From contig CBDCQT010000012.1 of the NCBI GenBank assembly GCA_965220745.1, positions 96,001-160,000 on the forward strand: a stretch of 64,000 nt of DNA, written 5' to 3'. The first letter of the stretch is position 1. Each line of letters opens with the position of its first letter. This document shows positions 1-12,029 of this stretch, one piece after another. The notes beneath the pieces are model-generated. The model saw only the letters and a list, made by a program, of their open reading frames with translations. It searched no databases and was not told the origin of the DNA. Source of the DNA: Alphaproteobacteria bacterium. GTDB taxonomy: Bacteria; Pseudomonadota; Alphaproteobacteria; UBA828. Made by a program: the position numbers and the translations under genes.

Positions 1-1074
<1,074 letters not shown>

Positions 1075-1075
<1 letters not shown>

Positions 1076-2925
1076 TGGCGCTGGGCAGGGACGCCAACGG
1101 GCGCCCCCGCCTCCGGGCGGCGGCCCGGTGGCTGCTGCCGGCGGCGGCTCTGGTCGCGCTGGCGCTGGCGAGCGCGCCGGCCCTAGCGACGTCCACCCAC
1201 GGAATCGCGATGCACGGGGCGCCGAAGTACGGCTCTGACTTCCAGCACCTCGACTATGTCAACCCGGACGCGCCCAAGGGCGGCGAGCTTCGGCGTGCCG
1301 TCACGGGCACCTTCGATAGTCTCAATCCGTTCATCATCAAGGGCGTGGCAGCGCCGGGGCGGCACCTTACCTTCGAGAGCCTGCTCAAGCGCACCTGGGA
1401 CGAGCCCTTCTCCCTCTACGGTCTGATCGCCGAATCGGTGGAGGTGCCGGACGACCGCTCATCCGTCCTGTTCCGCCTGCGGCCGGAAGCGCGCTTCCAC
1501 GACGGCAGCCCGATCACGGTCGACGACGTGATTTTCTCGTGGGAGACGCTGAAGGAGCAGGGCCGCCCCAACCACCGGCTCTATTACAACAAGGTGCGGA
1601 AGATCGAACGGCCAGACGAGCGCTCGGTGCACTTTTTCTTCGACACCGAGACGCCGGACCGCGAGCTGCCGCTAATCCTCGGGCTCATGCCGATCATCTC
1701 GAAGGCCTATTATTCGTCGGTCACGTTCGAGGAAACGACGCTGACGCCGCCGCTCGGCAGCGGCCCCTACAAGATCGAGAGCGTCGATGCCGGTCGCGGC
1801 ATCGTCTACCGCCGCGATCCCGACTACTGGGGGCGGAACCTGCCGATCAACCAGGGGCAGCACAACTTCGACCGCATCAGCTACGACTACTACCGCGACG
1901 ACGAAGTGATGATGGAGGCGTTCCGCGCGGGCGAGTACGACCTGCGCCTGGAACGCTCGGCGACCCGGTGGGCGACCGGCTACGACTTTCCGGCGGTGGA
2001 GGACGGCCGAGTCACCATCGAGCAGCTGCCGCACGGGCGCCCTTCCGGCATGTTCGCCCTCGTCTACAACACGCGGAGGGCGATGTTCCAGGATCGCGCG
2101 GTCCGCTACGCGCTCTCGCTCGCCTTCGATTTCGAGTGGGTGAACCGGGCGCTGCTGCAGGGCGCCTACGTGCGCACCAACAGCATCTTCGACAACTCGG
2201 AGCTGGGCTCGCGCGGCCTGCCGGAGAGCGGCGAGCTGGCCCTGCTGGAGCCCCATCGCGATCGGCTCTGGCCCGAGGTGTTCGATACCCCCTACCACGC
2301 GCCCGCCGTGGAAGGAGGTCTGCGCAAGAACCTCGCGACAGCCAGGCGCCTGCTGGCGAAGGCCGGATGGCGAGTGCAGGACGGGACGCTCCGGCGGGCG
2401 GCGGATGGCCTTCCGCTCGCGTTCGAGATCCTGCTGGTCAATCCGGGAAACGAGAAAATCGGGCTCGCGTTCGCGCGCAATCTCGAGCGCCTCGGCGTCG
2501 AGGCCAAGGTGCGCACTGTGGACACCGCGCAGTACCAGTACCGGCGCAACGTCTATGACTTCGACATGATCATCTACCGCTGGGGCATGTCGCTCTCACC
2601 GGGCAACGAGCAGGCGTTCTACTGGGGCGTCGCCGCGGCGGACGAGGAAGGCACGCGCAACTATCCGGGAATCAAGGATCCGGTCGTCGACGAACTCATC
2701 GCCCGCATGACCCAGGCGCGGGAGCGCGGGGACTTCGTCGACACCATCCGCGCCATGGACCGGGTGATTCTGTGGGGGCACTACCTCCTCCCCCTCTATC
2801 ACCTGAACGACGACCGCTACGCCTACTGGAGCAAGTTCGGCCGGCCCAATGTGATACCGGTCTATGGCACCGTTCTCGATGCGTGGTGGGAGGAGCCCGG
2901 CAAGGCCGAAACGCTCGACCGCTGA
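1075..2925 (+). CDS. yejA: ABC transporter substrate-binding protein, family 5 (YejA-like peptide binding)
   Basis: Signal peptide; HGIAMHG.PKY..DF.H.DYVNPDAPKGG, GTFDSLNPF, ARFHDG.PIT and PLGSGPY motifs. Confidence 0.85.
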
Positions 2926-3046
2926 CGAGCGGCCCCCTCCTCCGCCGTCTCTTATGTCGCGGCTCGGCGCGGTTGATGCGCCCGGCCGCTGGCCCTACGT
3001 TGTGGCGCCACGACACATCAATCCACGGACCAAAGGGAGATCGTCG

Positions 3047-4234
3047 ATGTTGAAACGAATGGTGGGCGCCGTCATGGCCGGCGCGCTCGTTGCCGGCGGA
3101 GCGACCGCTGTGCAGGCGGACGACCACGAGATCGTGGTCGGCTTCGCCGTCTCGACCAGCGGCTGGCAGGCGGCCTACACCGGCCCCGCGACGCTCGCGG
3201 CGCAGATCAGGCTCGAGGAGATCAACGCCGCAGGCGGGCTGCTCGGCAAGCAGCTCGTGATCGCCCAAGCGGACTCGAAGTCCGAGCGCGAGGAAGGCGT
3301 CAAGGCGGGCCAGATCGTCATCGACGATGGCGCGAGCGTGGTCTTCGTCGACTGCGACTTCGACATGGGCGCGCCGGCCGCCAACGTGGCGCAGAATGCG
3401 GGCCTGATCTCGTTCTTCCTCTGCGCCGGCGACGCCAAGGCCGGCATCGAGGGCATCGGCCCCTTCGCCTTCACCGGCGGCCAAGCGGCGCATCTCGACG
3501 GCGCCTCCATCGCCACTTACGCCTACGATAATCGCGGCGCGCGCACGGCCTACCTGCTGCGTGACGACACCATCGAGTACAACAAGTCGGTCTGTGCCGG
3601 CTTCGAGTGGGCCTGGCCGCGCATGGAAGGCACCACGATGCTGGGCCTCGACGTGTTCCAGAACAACGACCCGTCGATCCAGGGCCAGATCGACCGCATC
3701 AAGGCCCTCGACACGAAGCCTGACGTGATCGCGGTTTGCTCCTACGTGCCGGGTGCTGCGTCCGCCATCAAGCAGCTCAGGGCGTCCGGCGTGGAGACGC
3801 TGATCGTCTCCGGCGTCGCGATGGACGGCCACTACTGGCTCGACGCCGTGCCGAACCTCAGCAACTTCTGCGCGGCCGCGTTCAGCTCGCTCTACGGCGG
3901 TGCCGGCGAGGAGGTCGAGGCGTTCTTCAAGAAGCTGGAGGCCAAGGAAGGCGAGCCGACCGCCACCTCGCTCCCCATCGCGGGCTACGTGCTGATGGAC
4001 CTCTGGGCCAAGGCCGTCGAGAGCGCCGGCACGGTGGATTCGGCAGCGGTCACGGCCGAGATGGAGAAGTTCACGGACGAGCCCACGCTGATGGGCCCGC
4101 GCAGCTTCTCCGACCGGCTCCACATTCAGGACAAGGCGCGTTACGCCATCATCTGCACCGATGACGGCAAGCCACGGATGGAGGGCTACGTGACCGCAGG
4201 CCCGATTCCGAAGGACGTCATTCTCAAGAACTAG
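3047..4234 (+). CDS. ABC transporter substrate-binding protein (LivJ/branched-chain amino acid-like)
   Basis: RBS AGGGAG before ATG 3047, signal peptide, INAAGGLLGKQL motif of PBP type 1 family. Confidence 0.85.
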   Translation: MLKRMVGAVMAGALVAGGATAVQADDHEIVVGFAVSTSGWQAAYTGPATLAAQIRLEEINAAGGLLGKQLVIAQADSKSEREEGVKAGQIVIDDGASVVFVDCDFDMGAPAANVAQNAGLISFFLCAGDAKAGIEGIGPFAFTGGQAAHLDGASIATYAYDNRGARTAYLLRDDTIEYNKSVCAGFEWAWPRMEGTTMLGLDVFQNNDPSIQGQIDRIKALDTKPDVIAVCSYVPGAASAIKQLRASGVETLIVSGVAMDGHYWLDAVPNLSNFCAAAFSSLYGGAGEEVEAFFKKLEAKEGEPTATSLPIAGYVLMDLWAKAVESAGTVDSAAVTAEMEKFTDEPTLMGPRSFSDRLHIQDKARYAIICTDDGKPRMEGYVTAGPIPKDVILKN

Positions 4235-4321
4235 CACTCGGGGCGGGGTCCGCAGCCGACGCCGCGGGCCCCGCGATCCGCGCTGGATAGCGGCGCGCGT
4301 AAGGAAAAAAGGGAGACAGTT

Positions 4322-4795
4322 ATGGCGGCAAGCGACCTGGAACGTCGCGTCGAGACACTCGAATCGGTCGAGGCGATCAAGCGGCTGAAACACCAGTACT
4401 GCGCCTATTGCGATGACGGCTACGACGCCGATGGCATCGCCGGGCAGTTCGTCGAGGATGGGATCTGGGATGGCGGCGAAGATTTTGGCCGCCACGAGGG
4501 GCGCGCGGCAATCCATGCCCACTTCGCGCGGGTCTCCTCGCAGATCGTCTTCGCCGGCCACCTGGTGATGAACGAAATCATCGACGTGGACCTGGATAAC
4601 GACAGCGCGCGCGGGCACTGGTGGATCATCATGCCGGCGACCATCATGATGGAGGGCGTGAAGACGGCGGTCTGGCTCCTCGGCGAATACGAGGATCACT
4701 ACGTGCGCCGCGACGGCACCTGGCTTTACCAGACGCTGACGGTCGACATCCACTTCGTGAAGCCGCACAAGGACGGCTGGGTGGACGCAGCATGA
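4322..4795 (+). CDS. SnoaL/NTF2-like protein (LinA/BaiE-like)
   Basis: LE..EAI..LK..YC...D, H...N.IIDV and GEYED.Y.R.DG.W pattern; RBS GGGAG. Confidence 0.85.
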   Translation: MAASDLERRVETLESVEAIKRLKHQYCAYCDDGYDADGIAGQFVEDGIWDGGEDFGRHEGRAAIHAHFARVSSQIVFAGHLVMNEIIDVDLDNDSARGHWWIIMPATIMMEGVKTAVWLLGEYEDHYVRRDGTWLYQTLTVDIHFVKPHKDGWVDAA

Positions 4796-5256
4796 GCGCG
4801 ACCCTGGAAGAGCGCATCCAGCGGCTCGAGGACATCGAGGCCATCCGCTGCCTCAAGTACCGCTATATGTCCTACGCCGACGACGGCTACGACGCAGACG
4901 GCATCGTGACGTTGATGACGCCTGATGCGGTCTGGGACGGCGGCGAGGCCTTCGGCCGGCAGGAGGGCGCCGAGGCCTTCGGCAACATGGTGCGCGAGGT
5001 CGGCAAGCAGATCAGCTTCGCCGCCCATCTGGCGCTGAACGAGATCATCGACGTGGACGGCGACACCGCGCGCGGCCAGTGGTGGCTGCTGATGCCGTGC
5101 ACAGCGCTGAACGAGGACGGCAAGGACGAGGCGCGCTGGATCTTCGCGAGCTACGACGACCGGCTGGTGAAGCGCGACGGGCAGTGGCTCTTCGCCCACA
5201 CGATCTTCGACGTGAAGACCTTCTGCGCCCACAAGGACGGCTGGGCGGAGGCTTAG
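4792..5256 (+). CDS. SnoaL/NTF2-like protein, paralog of upstream gene
   Basis: ATGA overlap with the previous gene; LED.EAI..LK..Y..YADDGYDADGI and HKDGW shared with upstream paralog. Confidence 0.85.
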   Translation: MSATLEERIQRLEDIEAIRCLKYRYMSYADDGYDADGIVTLMTPDAVWDGGEAFGRQEGAEAFGNMVREVGKQISFAAHLALNEIIDVDGDTARGQWWLLMPCTALNEDGKDEARWIFASYDDRLVKRDGQWLFAHTIFDVKTFCAHKDGWAEA

Positions 5257-5358
5257 CGGGGCTCGGAAACGGGCGGGTTTCCTCTCCTCACGCTACGTCG
5301 CGCGGACGAATAGCGCGCAAGGCGTCAGAATTCGCCCGCTCGGCGATATCCAGCTCGT

Positions 5359-5550
5359 AGCGGTCCTGAAAGTTAACCCGCATTTCTCACCATGGTCGTG
5401 ACCCTGGTGAGAAACCATAGTGATCTGTTGTTCCTCCTGGTATCCTGAGATGCCTGGAGAGCCCTGGAGGTTGATTTTGTTGTGGTGTTGAAATGATCTA
5501 TCCGGCCTCAAGCGGCCTGGAGGCCCCCGAGCGGTCCTGAAGTTACTTTC
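5359..5550. repeat. Putative left island junction / integrase att arm region
   Basis: Direct repeat AGCGGTCCTGAA(A)GTTA at 5359 and 5530, inverted repeat TTTCTCACCA..TGGTGAGAAA 5383-5414, several CCTGGAG-like repeats, directly upstream of an integrase. Confidence 0.5.
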
Positions 5551-5602
5551 ATGTGTTGTGGGTAGTGTTGATTTGTATGTTTCGCCATGCCATCATTCCC
5601 TC

Positions 5603-6871
5603 ATGCCAGTCACACCCGGAAAGCGCGTCGCGCGCGTCAAGCTCACAATCGCAAAGCGCGCCATCGACAGCCTCAAGCCCGCCCACAAGCCATGGATCGC
5701 ATGGGACGACAAGCTCACAGGCTTCGGCGTCCAGGTCCATCCCTCGGGCGTCAAGTCCTACATCGTCAACTACCGCCCCGGCGCGGGCGGCAGGGCGGCG
5801 CCCAACAAGCGCCTCGTCATCGGACGCTGCGACAGGATGGCGGCCGAGCACGCACGGCGCGAGGCCCACAGGCTGCTGGGCATGGTCGCCGTGGGCGAAG
5901 ACCCGGCGGCGACCCGTGCCAGGAGCCGGCGCATGCCGCTGCTCAAACAGGCCTTCGAGCAGTACATGGCGGCCAATCCCAAGCGGAACGCGAGCACCAA
6001 CGAGAACTATCGCGATCGGTTCGAGCGGCCTCTCGCGGATTGGCTCGGCCGTTCCCTCGACAGCATCACGCGCAGAGACGTGGAGGACCGTTTCAACCGC
6101 ATCACCGAGAAACACGGCTGGGCGACCGCGAATCAGTGCATCTCCCTGCTGCGCTCGGTCTATCGCCGGCCCTGCGTTGACTACGAAGGGCTGGTCAATC
6201 CCGTCGATCTCTGGCTGGCGGGCGGCGGCCGGTTCCATCCCAAGCCGCGCCGCAAGATCCCGCCGCCGGCGGAGGTCCTGCCGTGCTGGCGCAGGGGCAT
6301 CGAGGCTGTGGTGAGCAACCCGGCTCTTCGGGACGTGTTCTGGTTCGGCATGTACACGGGCATGCGGCTCGGTGAGGTGCTGCCGCTGAAGTGGGAGCGT
6401 GTGAACCGGGAGGCGCTGAGCTTCCGTGTGAACAACACCAAGACGAGGGCGCCGCTGGAGCTGCCCATCACCCGGCAGCTCGCAGCCATTCTCGATCGCC
6501 GGTGGGGCGAGAGCGGTCACCTGAAAGGCGGCTGGGTGTTTCCCTCTGCCGCCAGCCGCACGGGCTACTTCGTGAAGCTGACGTATTTTCATCGCCGCAT
6601 CAGCGAGGCCGGTGGCGCGAAGTTCTGGTTCCACGGGATGCGCAACTGCTTCATCACGGTGGCCGAGCGTGAGCTGATGCTGCCGCACGCGCTGACCAAG
6701 CGCCTGGTGAACCATGCGCCGCCCCGCGACGTCACCGAGGGGTACGCCGCCGACTGGACCATCGGGCAGTTGCGCGAACCCGCTCAGCGTATCGCAGATC
6801 GCATCGAGGCGTTGATGAGAGCTGAGCCTGATCGCGTTATCGGGGGGATGGAAACGCCGGGGGCTTCATAG
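5603..6871 (+). CDS. Tyrosine recombinase/integrase with N-terminal Arm DNA-binding domain
   Basis: WDDKLTGFGVQV..SG.K Arm domain; TGMR.GE, K, HGMR, LVNH and GY catalytic residues. Confidence 0.9.
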   Translation: MPVTPGKRVARVKLTIAKRAIDSLKPAHKPWIAWDDKLTGFGVQVHPSGVKSYIVNYRPGAGGRAAPNKRLVIGRCDRMAAEHARREAHRLLGMVAVGEDPAATRARSRRMPLLKQAFEQYMAANPKRNASTNENYRDRFERPLADWLGRSLDSITRRDVEDRFNRITEKHGWATANQCISLLRSVYRRPCVDYEGLVNPVDLWLAGGGRFHPKPRRKIPPPAEVLPCWRRGIEAVVSNPALRDVFWFGMYTGMRLGEVLPLKWERVNREALSFRVNNTKTRAPLELPITRQLAAILDRRWGESGHLKGGWVFPSAASRTGYFVKLTYFHRRISEAGGAKFWFHGMRNCFITVAERELMLPHALTKRLVNHAPPRDVTEGYAADWTIGQLREPAQRIADRIEALMRAEPDRVIGGMETPGAS

Positions 6872-8544
6872 CCTGATCTCTCAGGTTCAAATCCTGCCCC
6901 CGCTACCACCGAGACCGACATTCCCAAGACGGGAGTGTCGGTCTTTTCCTTTTCGGCCCCGTTTCCCGTCCACTCCAAAATCTTGCCGAGGTCGCCGCGT
7001 AGCGTGACCTGGACTTCACCGCGTTTTTCGCCGGGCGTCAGCACGATCCCGTCGATCAGTCCCCGGATCGCAGCCGAGGCTGCATCGCGCTCTTCCGGTT
7101 TGCTGAGGGCCTTCGCGAGACGGGCGACTTTGCGGCGATAGACGCCGGCGACGTTGGGGTGGATGTCCGGGATCTCGGGAGGAACCGTTGCGAGACGTTT
7201 CGTCAGCTCCTCCTTTCGAGCTTCAAGCTTGTGCAGGCGTTCCTTGAGCACGCCGCTGTAGGCGCCGTCCTGGATGGCGTCGACGATTCCCTCGATCTTC
7301 TTCTCGATGTCCGCGAGCTCCTTGCGTTCCGCCTCGCTTGAGGCGCTGCGCTCGCGGTTGAGCCGGTTGGTCTCCTCCGCCCAGGCGCGCACCGCTGCGT
7401 CAGCCGCCTCGGGCGCCATGAGGTGATCCTTGAGACCGACCAGGACGCGCTCCTCGAGTTCGACACGGCGAATGCCCCGGCTGTTCGAGCAGCTCCCGTT
7501 CATCACATGGTTGGAGCAGCCGTAGCGATCCTGCCCGCGCATGGCGTAGGGCCCGCCACAGGCGCCGCACTCCAGGAGGCCGGAGAGGAGATGCCGGGGG
7601 CGGTGGGTTCCGTTCAGGCGATTGGCGCGCGCGGTGCGCGTGGCCTTGATGACGGTGGCGTATTTCGCGGTGAGCTCTTCCTGGCGCTGCTTCACCGCCT
7701 GCCAGAGTTCGTCGTCGACGATGCGGAGCTCGGGAACCTCCGTGATCACCCATTCCTCTCTTGGGTTGATCCGCGACACCCGCTTGCCGGTCTCCGGGTT
7801 CTTCAGGAAGCGCAGCCGGTTCCAGACCAGACGTCCGATGTAGAGCTCGTTGTTGATCATGCCGGTGCCGCGCTTGACCTGACCCCTGATGGTGGAATCC
7901 GTCCAGAGCTTGCCCGAGGGACAAGGGATATTCTCGGTGTTGAGGCGCCTGGCGATCGTCCGCGGACTGACGCCCGAGGCGAAGTCCCGGAATACGCGCC
8001 GCACCACGTTGGCTTCGGCCTGGTTGATTGTGCGTTCGCCGCGCACCGGCTCGCCGACGGCATCGAAGGTCGTGACGACATCGTAGCCGTAGCAGAGCCC
8101 GCCCCCCGAGCGGCCCTTCTCGACCCGGCCGCGCAGCCCGCGGTGTGTCTTGGCCGCGAGGTCCTTCAGGAAGAGCGCGTTCATCGTGCCCTTGAGCCCC
8201 ACGTGCAGCTCGTTGATCTCACCCTCGGCGAGCGTGACGATCATCACTCTGGCGAACTGCAGGTGCTTGAACAGTGCCGAGACGTCGGCCTGGTCACGGC
8301 TCATCCGGTCGAGTGCCTCCGCCACCACGACGTCGAAGGCGCCGGAGCGGGCTTCCGCGAGTAGCGCCTGGATACCGGGGCGCAGGATCATGCTGTCGCC
8401 GGAGATGGCCGCGTCGCGATAGGTGTCCACGATTGTCCAGCCCGCCCGCTCCGCATGGTCCCGGCAGATCCGGAACTGATCCTCGATCGAGGCCGCGCTC
8501 TGAAGGTCCGAGGAGTAGCGGGCGTAGAGGGCGGCACGGATCAT
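6784..8544 (-). CDS. Large serine recombinase (resolvase + recombinase + zinc ribbon domains)
   Basis: YARYSS catalytic Ser, DRMSR, CYGY, LLSGLLECGACG zinc ribbon; C-terminus SVVAGAGFEP is the antisense of a tRNA-Met 3' end. Confidence 0.92.
   Translation of the reverse strand: MIRAALYARYSSDLQSAASIEDQFRICRDHAERAGWTIVDTYRDAAISGDSMILRPGIQALLAEARSGAFDVVVAEALDRMSRDQADVSALFKHLQFARVMIVTLAEGEINELHVGLKGTMNALFLKDLAAKTHRGLRGRVEKGRSGGGLCYGYDVVTTFDAVGEPVRGERTINQAEANVVRRVFRDFASGVSPRTIARRLNTENIPCPSGKLWTDSTIRGQVKRGTGMINNELYIGRLVWNRLRFLKNPETGKRVSRINPREEWVITEVPELRIVDDELWQAVKQRQEELTAKYATVIKATRTARANRLNGTHRPRHLLSGLLECGACGGPYAMRGQDRYGCSNHVMNGSCSNSRGIRRVELEERVLVGLKDHLMAPEAADAAVRAWAEETNRLNRERSASSEAERKELADIEKKIEGIVDAIQDGAYSGVLKERLHKLEARKEELTKRLATVPPEIPDIHPNVAGVYRRKVARLAKALSKPEERDAASAAIRGLIDGIVLTPGEKRGEVQVTLRGDLGKILEWTGNGAEKEKTDTPVLGMSVSVVAGAGFEPERSGYEAPGVSIPPITRSGSALINASMRSAIR
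6862..6908 (+). other. Degenerate tRNA-fMet 3' half (att remnant)
   Basis: GGCTTCATAGCCTGATCTCTCAGGTTCAAATCCTGCCCCCGCTACCA: CAT anticodon-like region, T-arm, acceptor half and CCA; no 5' half. Confidence 0.7.
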
Positions 8545-8545
8545 G

Positions 8546-8746
8546 TCATTGCTCCTGTCGGTCTCCGGTCTTTGTAACCGGCACATTGTCGTTGGCCGAA
8601 GCCTGCCGCTCGAACTGCTCGCGGGCGATCTGGCGCCCGAGCAGGCGTGCGATGGTCAGCACGGCGGACCGGACTCGGGCCTCGGGCGCTCCGTTGTCGT
8701 TGGCGACAACACGGTCCCTGGACCGTCCGCTTCCGTTTCTTCCCAT
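8546..8746 (-). CDS. Small hypothetical protein upstream of serine recombinase
   Basis: ARLLGRQIARE and ANDN motifs; abuts recombinase start; start codon uncertain. Confidence 0.55.
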   Translation of the reverse strand: MGRNGSGRSRDRVVANDNGAPEARVRSAVLTIARLLGRQIAREQFERQASANDNVPVTKTGDRQEQ

Positions 8747-8964
8747 AACGCCCCGCCTCCCCGCAACACCGACCCATATGAAGGGCGATTTTTCGGACAG
8801 GAAGAGCAATGTCAAGGGATTTAGTCTTTACTATCAATGGGTTATCTCATCCTCCTGACCCTCGGGGGCTACGCTGAGAACCCCTGTGGCCCGGTTTGGC
8901 CCGACGAAAGTTTTTTCGCGGGGACATCACAATCGATGGTCCGGGGCGGTCTTCGCAGCCAGTT

Positions 8965-9231
8965 TCATGATCCTGTCCGCCGATAGGCGTTTCGCCGGCG
9001 CGCGACGCGAACGACCAGAATGACGAGTTCCTCGTCCCGGATTTCGTACACGACGCGGTAGTCTCCCACCCGGAGCCGCCTGAGCCCACGCAGGTCGCCT
9101 TTCAGCGCCGCACCAAGATGAGGGGTCTCTGCCAGCCGGTCGATCGCTGCCACGATGCGCGTCCGATCCGGCTTGGCCACGCGCCTCAGTTCCTTGGCCG
9201 CGCTCTGCTTAATCCTGATCGAGAAGCTCAC
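8965..9231 (-). CDS. relE: RelE/ParE family toxin
   Basis: AAKELRR...LKGDL.GLRRLRVGDYRVVYEI signature; overlaps antitoxin. Confidence 0.9.
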   Translation of the reverse strand: MSFSIRIKQSAAKELRRVAKPDRTRIVAAIDRLAETPHLGAALKGDLRGLRRLRVGDYRVVYEIRDEELVILVVRVARRRNAYRRTGS

Positions 9232-9433
9232 GCCGGACCTCGTCCCAGTCCAGCACCGGATCCGTGGGATCGCGGAGCCGGTCGATGGCGACGGAGAGAT
9301 CGTCGAAGTCTTCGAGGTAGTGCTCGACGGCGAGTCGGATCACGTCCGCGCGGCTGCGGCGGAGCTGCTGTGCGACCGTATCCAGCGCATCGACCACCGG
9401 GTCTGGCAATCGCGCTGTCACCTGTTGGGGCAT
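9209..9433 (-). CDS. Ribbon-helix-helix (CopG/RelB-like) antitoxin
   Basis: VTARLP...LD..A..LRRSRADVIRLAVE.YLED, acidic C-terminus; directly upstream of relE. Confidence 0.85.
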   Translation of the reverse strand: MPQQVTARLPDPVVDALDTVAQQLRRSRADVIRLAVEHYLEDFDDLSVAIDRLRDPTDPVLDWDEVRRELLDQD

Positions 9434-9850
9434 GGCAGTACCGTATGAGTAGAAGTGAGTGACATTAATCTACTGCGCTCCAGCCACTGGGTCAATTGAG
9501 ATTGAAGGGAAACGAGCAGGCGGAGAGATCCTTGCCGATCATGCTTCCGCAGGCGTCGGTGATGACAACGGTAAAGTACGTGCATCCAGCGCGTGACTAC
9601 GAGCGCATGCTGGCGGGTATCCACCACTAACATAGACGCCGTCGATTCCATCCTCTGCCTGCCACGCTGGTTTACGCGGTGTCGCCGTAAACTTCCTAAA
9701 GGTCAGTCGCGAGACTCGCGCTCGGCGGTCCCGCGCAGAGCCGCGATCCCGGCGACGAGCGACGCCGCGCGGTGTTCGGCGTTGCGTCGCGGCTCGTCAC
9801 GGCTGGAGCTTTCTCGATATGGCTGTAGCCTGCTCGAACGAAGCCCGCTA

Positions 9851-10125
<275 letters not shown>

Positions 10126-10143
10126 GATCGGCAGTCGGTTCGT

Positions 10144-10593
10144 ATGCGCTATTTCGACACCAGTTTCCTCGTTCCCCTCGTCCTGCCCGAGGCGACCAGT
10201 GAACCGATCACGGGTTTCTTCGAGGGCCTGCCGGCGGACGCCCTGGCGGTCAGCCATTGGACCCGGGTCGAGTTCGCCTCGCTGCTTGCCCGCGAGGTTC
10301 GCATGGGCGGTCTGGAAGCTGCGGTGGCACGCGAGGCGGGTTCACAGTTCGAAACAATCATCGAGGAGTCTTTTGTCGTCTTGTTGCCAAACCGCGACGA
10401 CTTCGATCGGGCCAGGGAATGGCTGACCCGTTTCGAGACCGGACTGAGGGCCGGGGACGCGTTGCACCTCGCCATCGCGAGCAACCGCGGGGCGGAAGCG
10501 ATCTACAGCCTGGACAAGGTGATGATCGCAGCCGGGAAGACGCTGCGTGTGCCGACCAGCGCAGGGGTCCGTCTCCCGGGTTATGACGATTGA
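10144..10593 (+). CDS. vapC: PIN-domain toxin
   Basis: YFDTS, E, LRAGDALHLA and SLD acidic PIN motifs. Confidence 0.9.
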   Translation: MRYFDTSFLVPLVLPEATSEPITGFFEGLPADALAVSHWTRVEFASLLAREVRMGGLEAAVAREAGSQFETIIEESFVVLLPNRDDFDRAREWLTRFETGLRAGDALHLAIASNRGAEAIYSLDKVMIAAGKTLRVPTSAGVRLPGYDD

Positions 10594-10667
10594 TGGCATC
10601 GTTGTCGTGTTCGAATTGATGTAACAATCGGTAAAGTCGAGAGTTCACGCTGGATTAGACACCCGTC

Positions 10668-12029
10668 ATGTTGAGCGCGACCGAACACTCGATTGTGTGG
10701 CGGATTCGAGGTGCCGCTCGGTATCTGGGCTCCATCATCCCCAACATGACAAGCGCTCCTGTAGCTCCCGACAAGGAGGGCAGGCACCGCCAATGGCGCG
10801 AAGCGATGACACCTCAAAAGCTGGACAGGTTGTCGGGCGCGCATTCGGCCATCGAGAGCGGTCTCAAACACCTCATCAAGAGCGGCGGCGCATCCTATTC
10901 ACCAACGCACGAATTGCGCGTTCTTCTCGACGAGTTGAGGGCGAGCGCCCCCGGGGTCGCTGCATCCTTGGAAAACGCCTTCAATGCGGCAACGGCATTT
11001 TACGGCACGGACATAGCGCATCCGGACCATCGCCATCTGGCGTCGCTCTCGGACTATCTCGACAAGAGCGGAACCAAGGATCTATTCAATCGCATGCGCT
11101 ATGTCGAACTGGAGTCGTCGGTCGATGACCCGGTGCTTGAGTGCGTGCACACCGAGTTCCACTACGAAATCCTCTGTGCGTTGGACGAGGCCATACAACC
11201 GTGCCATGGGCAGACCGCCGATCGGGTCGAGTATTTTGCACGACGGGCTTTTCTCGCCAGCCCCCGCTTGGATTCGGTGGCGGCGCACAGCGAGGCGTCG
11301 AGAGAGGCATACGTTGGATGGCTGGAGGAGCAGGACACGTATGTAGAGGCGATCAGGATCCTGACCGCTTCCCGCAACGCGATCGAGGACGAACATGCGA
11401 ACAGCGCCGCAATCGGCGTGTGTTACGAGTTGACGGGTTGCGAAGACGACCTTGCGCTGAGGACCATCGCGTTCGCACTCATCCAGTCCGGCTTAAGCCG
11501 CATCGTCGACCTGCGGGCTCAATACGGCGAGATAGAAACCCGCGTCTGGCGGCCGGAAGGGGCAAAGAACGACATCGTGACGACGCCAGCGGGCGATTTC
11601 CTTGGTTACATGCGACACCTGCCTACCGGGTTCTGGCTGGCCACGGAAGATCCGCACGACACGAACCCGACATGGTGCCGCACGGAGTCAGATGCCCGGT
11701 TGTACTTGGCGCATCTGTTTCTCATCGAGGTACCCATTGTCACAGCGCGCGGTACTTCGAGCTATCGCCTGGTAAGCCCGCGACCCCTGCGGAGTCCTAG
11801 GGAACGCGAAATACTGTCTGTGCATTGGATGAACTGGGCTGGATTCGGCAGCACCGATAGGATGATCTGGCTAAAGCTATGGGAGCCCTCGCACGACCTT
11901 CGGGTCGGCGAACACATCGAGATCAGGGTGGACCCGGAGTCTCCTTTGTATCGGCGTGGCCGCATTACCGGCGTTGCTGGCCAGGATGTGCACGTAGGCG
12001 AGACTGAACTCCGCTCATCACGTCGTTGA
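10668..12029 (+). CDS. Hypothetical protein with N-terminal HEPN-like domain
   Basis: H.AIE.GLK.L...G.....THEL..L and later RY, a HEPN-type pattern; lower GC than flanks. Confidence 0.55.
   Translation: MLSATEHSIVWRIRGAARYLGSIIPNMTSAPVAPDKEGRHRQWREAMTPQKLDRLSGAHSAIESGLKHLIKSGGASYSPTHELRVLLDELRASAPGVAASLENAFNAATAFYGTDIAHPDHRHLASLSDYLDKSGTKDLFNRMRYVELESSVDDPVLECVHTEFHYEILCALDEAIQPCHGQTADRVEYFARRAFLASPRLDSVAAHSEASREAYVGWLEEQDTYVEAIRILTASRNAIEDEHANSAAIGVCYELTGCEDDLALRTIAFALIQSGLSRIVDLRAQYGEIETRVWRPEGAKNDIVTTPAGDFLGYMRHLPTGFWLATEDPHDTNPTWCRTESDARLYLAHLFLIEVPIVTARGTSSYRLVSPRPLRSPREREILSVHWMNWAGFGSTDRMIWLKLWEPSHDLRVGEHIEIRVDPESPLYRRGRITGVAGQDVHVGETELRSSRR

Noticed and set aside
4242-4274. GC hairpin after the binding-protein gene as an ncRNA
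   Set aside because: Single intergenic stem, most simply an mRNA stability or terminator-like element; no second copy seen.
2696-4768. 690-aa minus-strand ORF (similarly 48284-50392 +, 44051-45727 -, 40930-42219 +)
   Set aside because: Antisense shadows of well-supported genes in high-GC DNA; no recognisable motifs.
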